Below, in pieces: positions 63,735 to 64,000 of a stretch of DNA of 64,000 nucleotides. This DNA comes from Rhodothermales bacterium (GTDB taxonomy: Bacteria; Bacteroidota; Rhodothermia; Rhodothermales; UBA10348): NCBI GenBank assembly GCA_024711125.1, contig JANJTM010000077.1, forward strand, positions 3,836-67,835, read 5' to 3'. Both the position numbers and the translations under genes were made by a program. How positions within the stretch are numbered: the stretch's first letter is position 1; every line of letters starts with the position of its first letter. Below the pieces are notes generated by a model that saw only the letters and a list, made by a program, of their open reading frames with translations, made no database searches and was not told the origin of the DNA.

Positions 63735-64000
63735 GCCGTTCCGCCCGGATCGTCTTCCTCGCGGCGCTCGTCGCCGTCGTCGCCCCGCACCGGGAGTCCG
63801 CCGCCCAGGTCCGCGTCGGCTACTACGACTACGCCCGGCCCGACCTCGAGTGGTACACGATCGAGACCGAGCACTTCCTGGTCCATTTCCACCAGGATTC
63901 GACCGGTACGGGTTCCGGGCGCACGGCGCGCGTCGTGGCGCGCATCGCCGAGGAGATCTACGGGCCGATCACGTCCCTGTATGAGCACGAGCCCGACACG
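63731..64000 (+). CDS. secreted hypothetical protein, 5-prime partial (runs off the window)
   Basis: Not in the ORF track because it has no stop. ATG 63731 overlaps the previous stop (ATGA). My translation: MSRSARIVFLAALVAVVAPHRESAAQVRVGYYDYARPDLEWYTIETEHFLVHFHQD..., which has a signal peptide. Confidence 0.6.
   Translation, partial: MSRSARIVFLAALVAVVAPHRESAAQVRVGYYDYARPDLEWYTIETEHFLVHFHQDSTGTGSGRTARVVARIAEEIYGPITSLYEHEPDT

Noticed and set aside
1-64000. Mobile elements, prophage, defence islands, tRNA/rRNA genes
   Set aside because: No integrase, transposase, phage structural, restriction-modification, toxin-antitoxin or cas-like proteins were recognisable in any frame. No inverted terminal repeats or tRNA-like cloverleaf candidates were noticed in the intergenic gaps. 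A tRNAscan/Infernal run would be needed to be definitive.

Overview
GC-rich, gene-dense chromosomal window with about 50 protein-coding genes. I found no rRNA, tRNA, CRISPR array, transposase or integrase. Gene content points to an FCB-group bacterium (Bacteroidota/Rhodothermota-like): a porU-porV type IX secretion (T9SS) pair, at least five proteins ending in T9SS C-terminal sorting domains (CTDs), DUF4293, an exbB-exbD-exbD unit, and mostly SD-poor start contexts. Because of the GC content, almost every real gene is shadowed by long spurious ORFs in other frames or antisense. Calls rest on recognisable motifs, signal peptides and start/stop coupling, and many track ORFs were trimmed to internal starts. 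All family assignments are by-eye motif recognition; no searches were run. Housekeeping genes: acs, pckA, NAD-type isocitrate dehydrogenase, rho, radC, rnhB, glyQS, nadA, ctp, pbpC. Most interesting observations: (i) a terminator-bounded five-gene outer-membrane locus (TonB-dependent receptor, FN3/CTD-like protein, a second PorV-family barrel, IPT/propeller lipoprotein, CTD propeller) with no SusD; (ii) an esterase / ATP-grasp / ATP-grasp / GATase amidoligase operon translationally coupled to pbpC; (iii) a 51-52-nt tandem hairpin array in the largest intergenic gap (radC-glyQS); (iv) a membrane PAS sensor with no kinase core, followed by a stand-alone 88-aa DHp/H-box protein directly upstream of porU; (v) two apparent pseudoenzymes, an M6-like CTD protein with HExxH replaced and a penicillin-acylase homologue with the Ser-Asn nucleophile motif replaced; (vi) a MurF-like ligase whose N-terminal domain is replaced by a polytopic membrane domain; (vii) an AAC(3)-I-like acetyltransferase heading a coupled four-gene operon.
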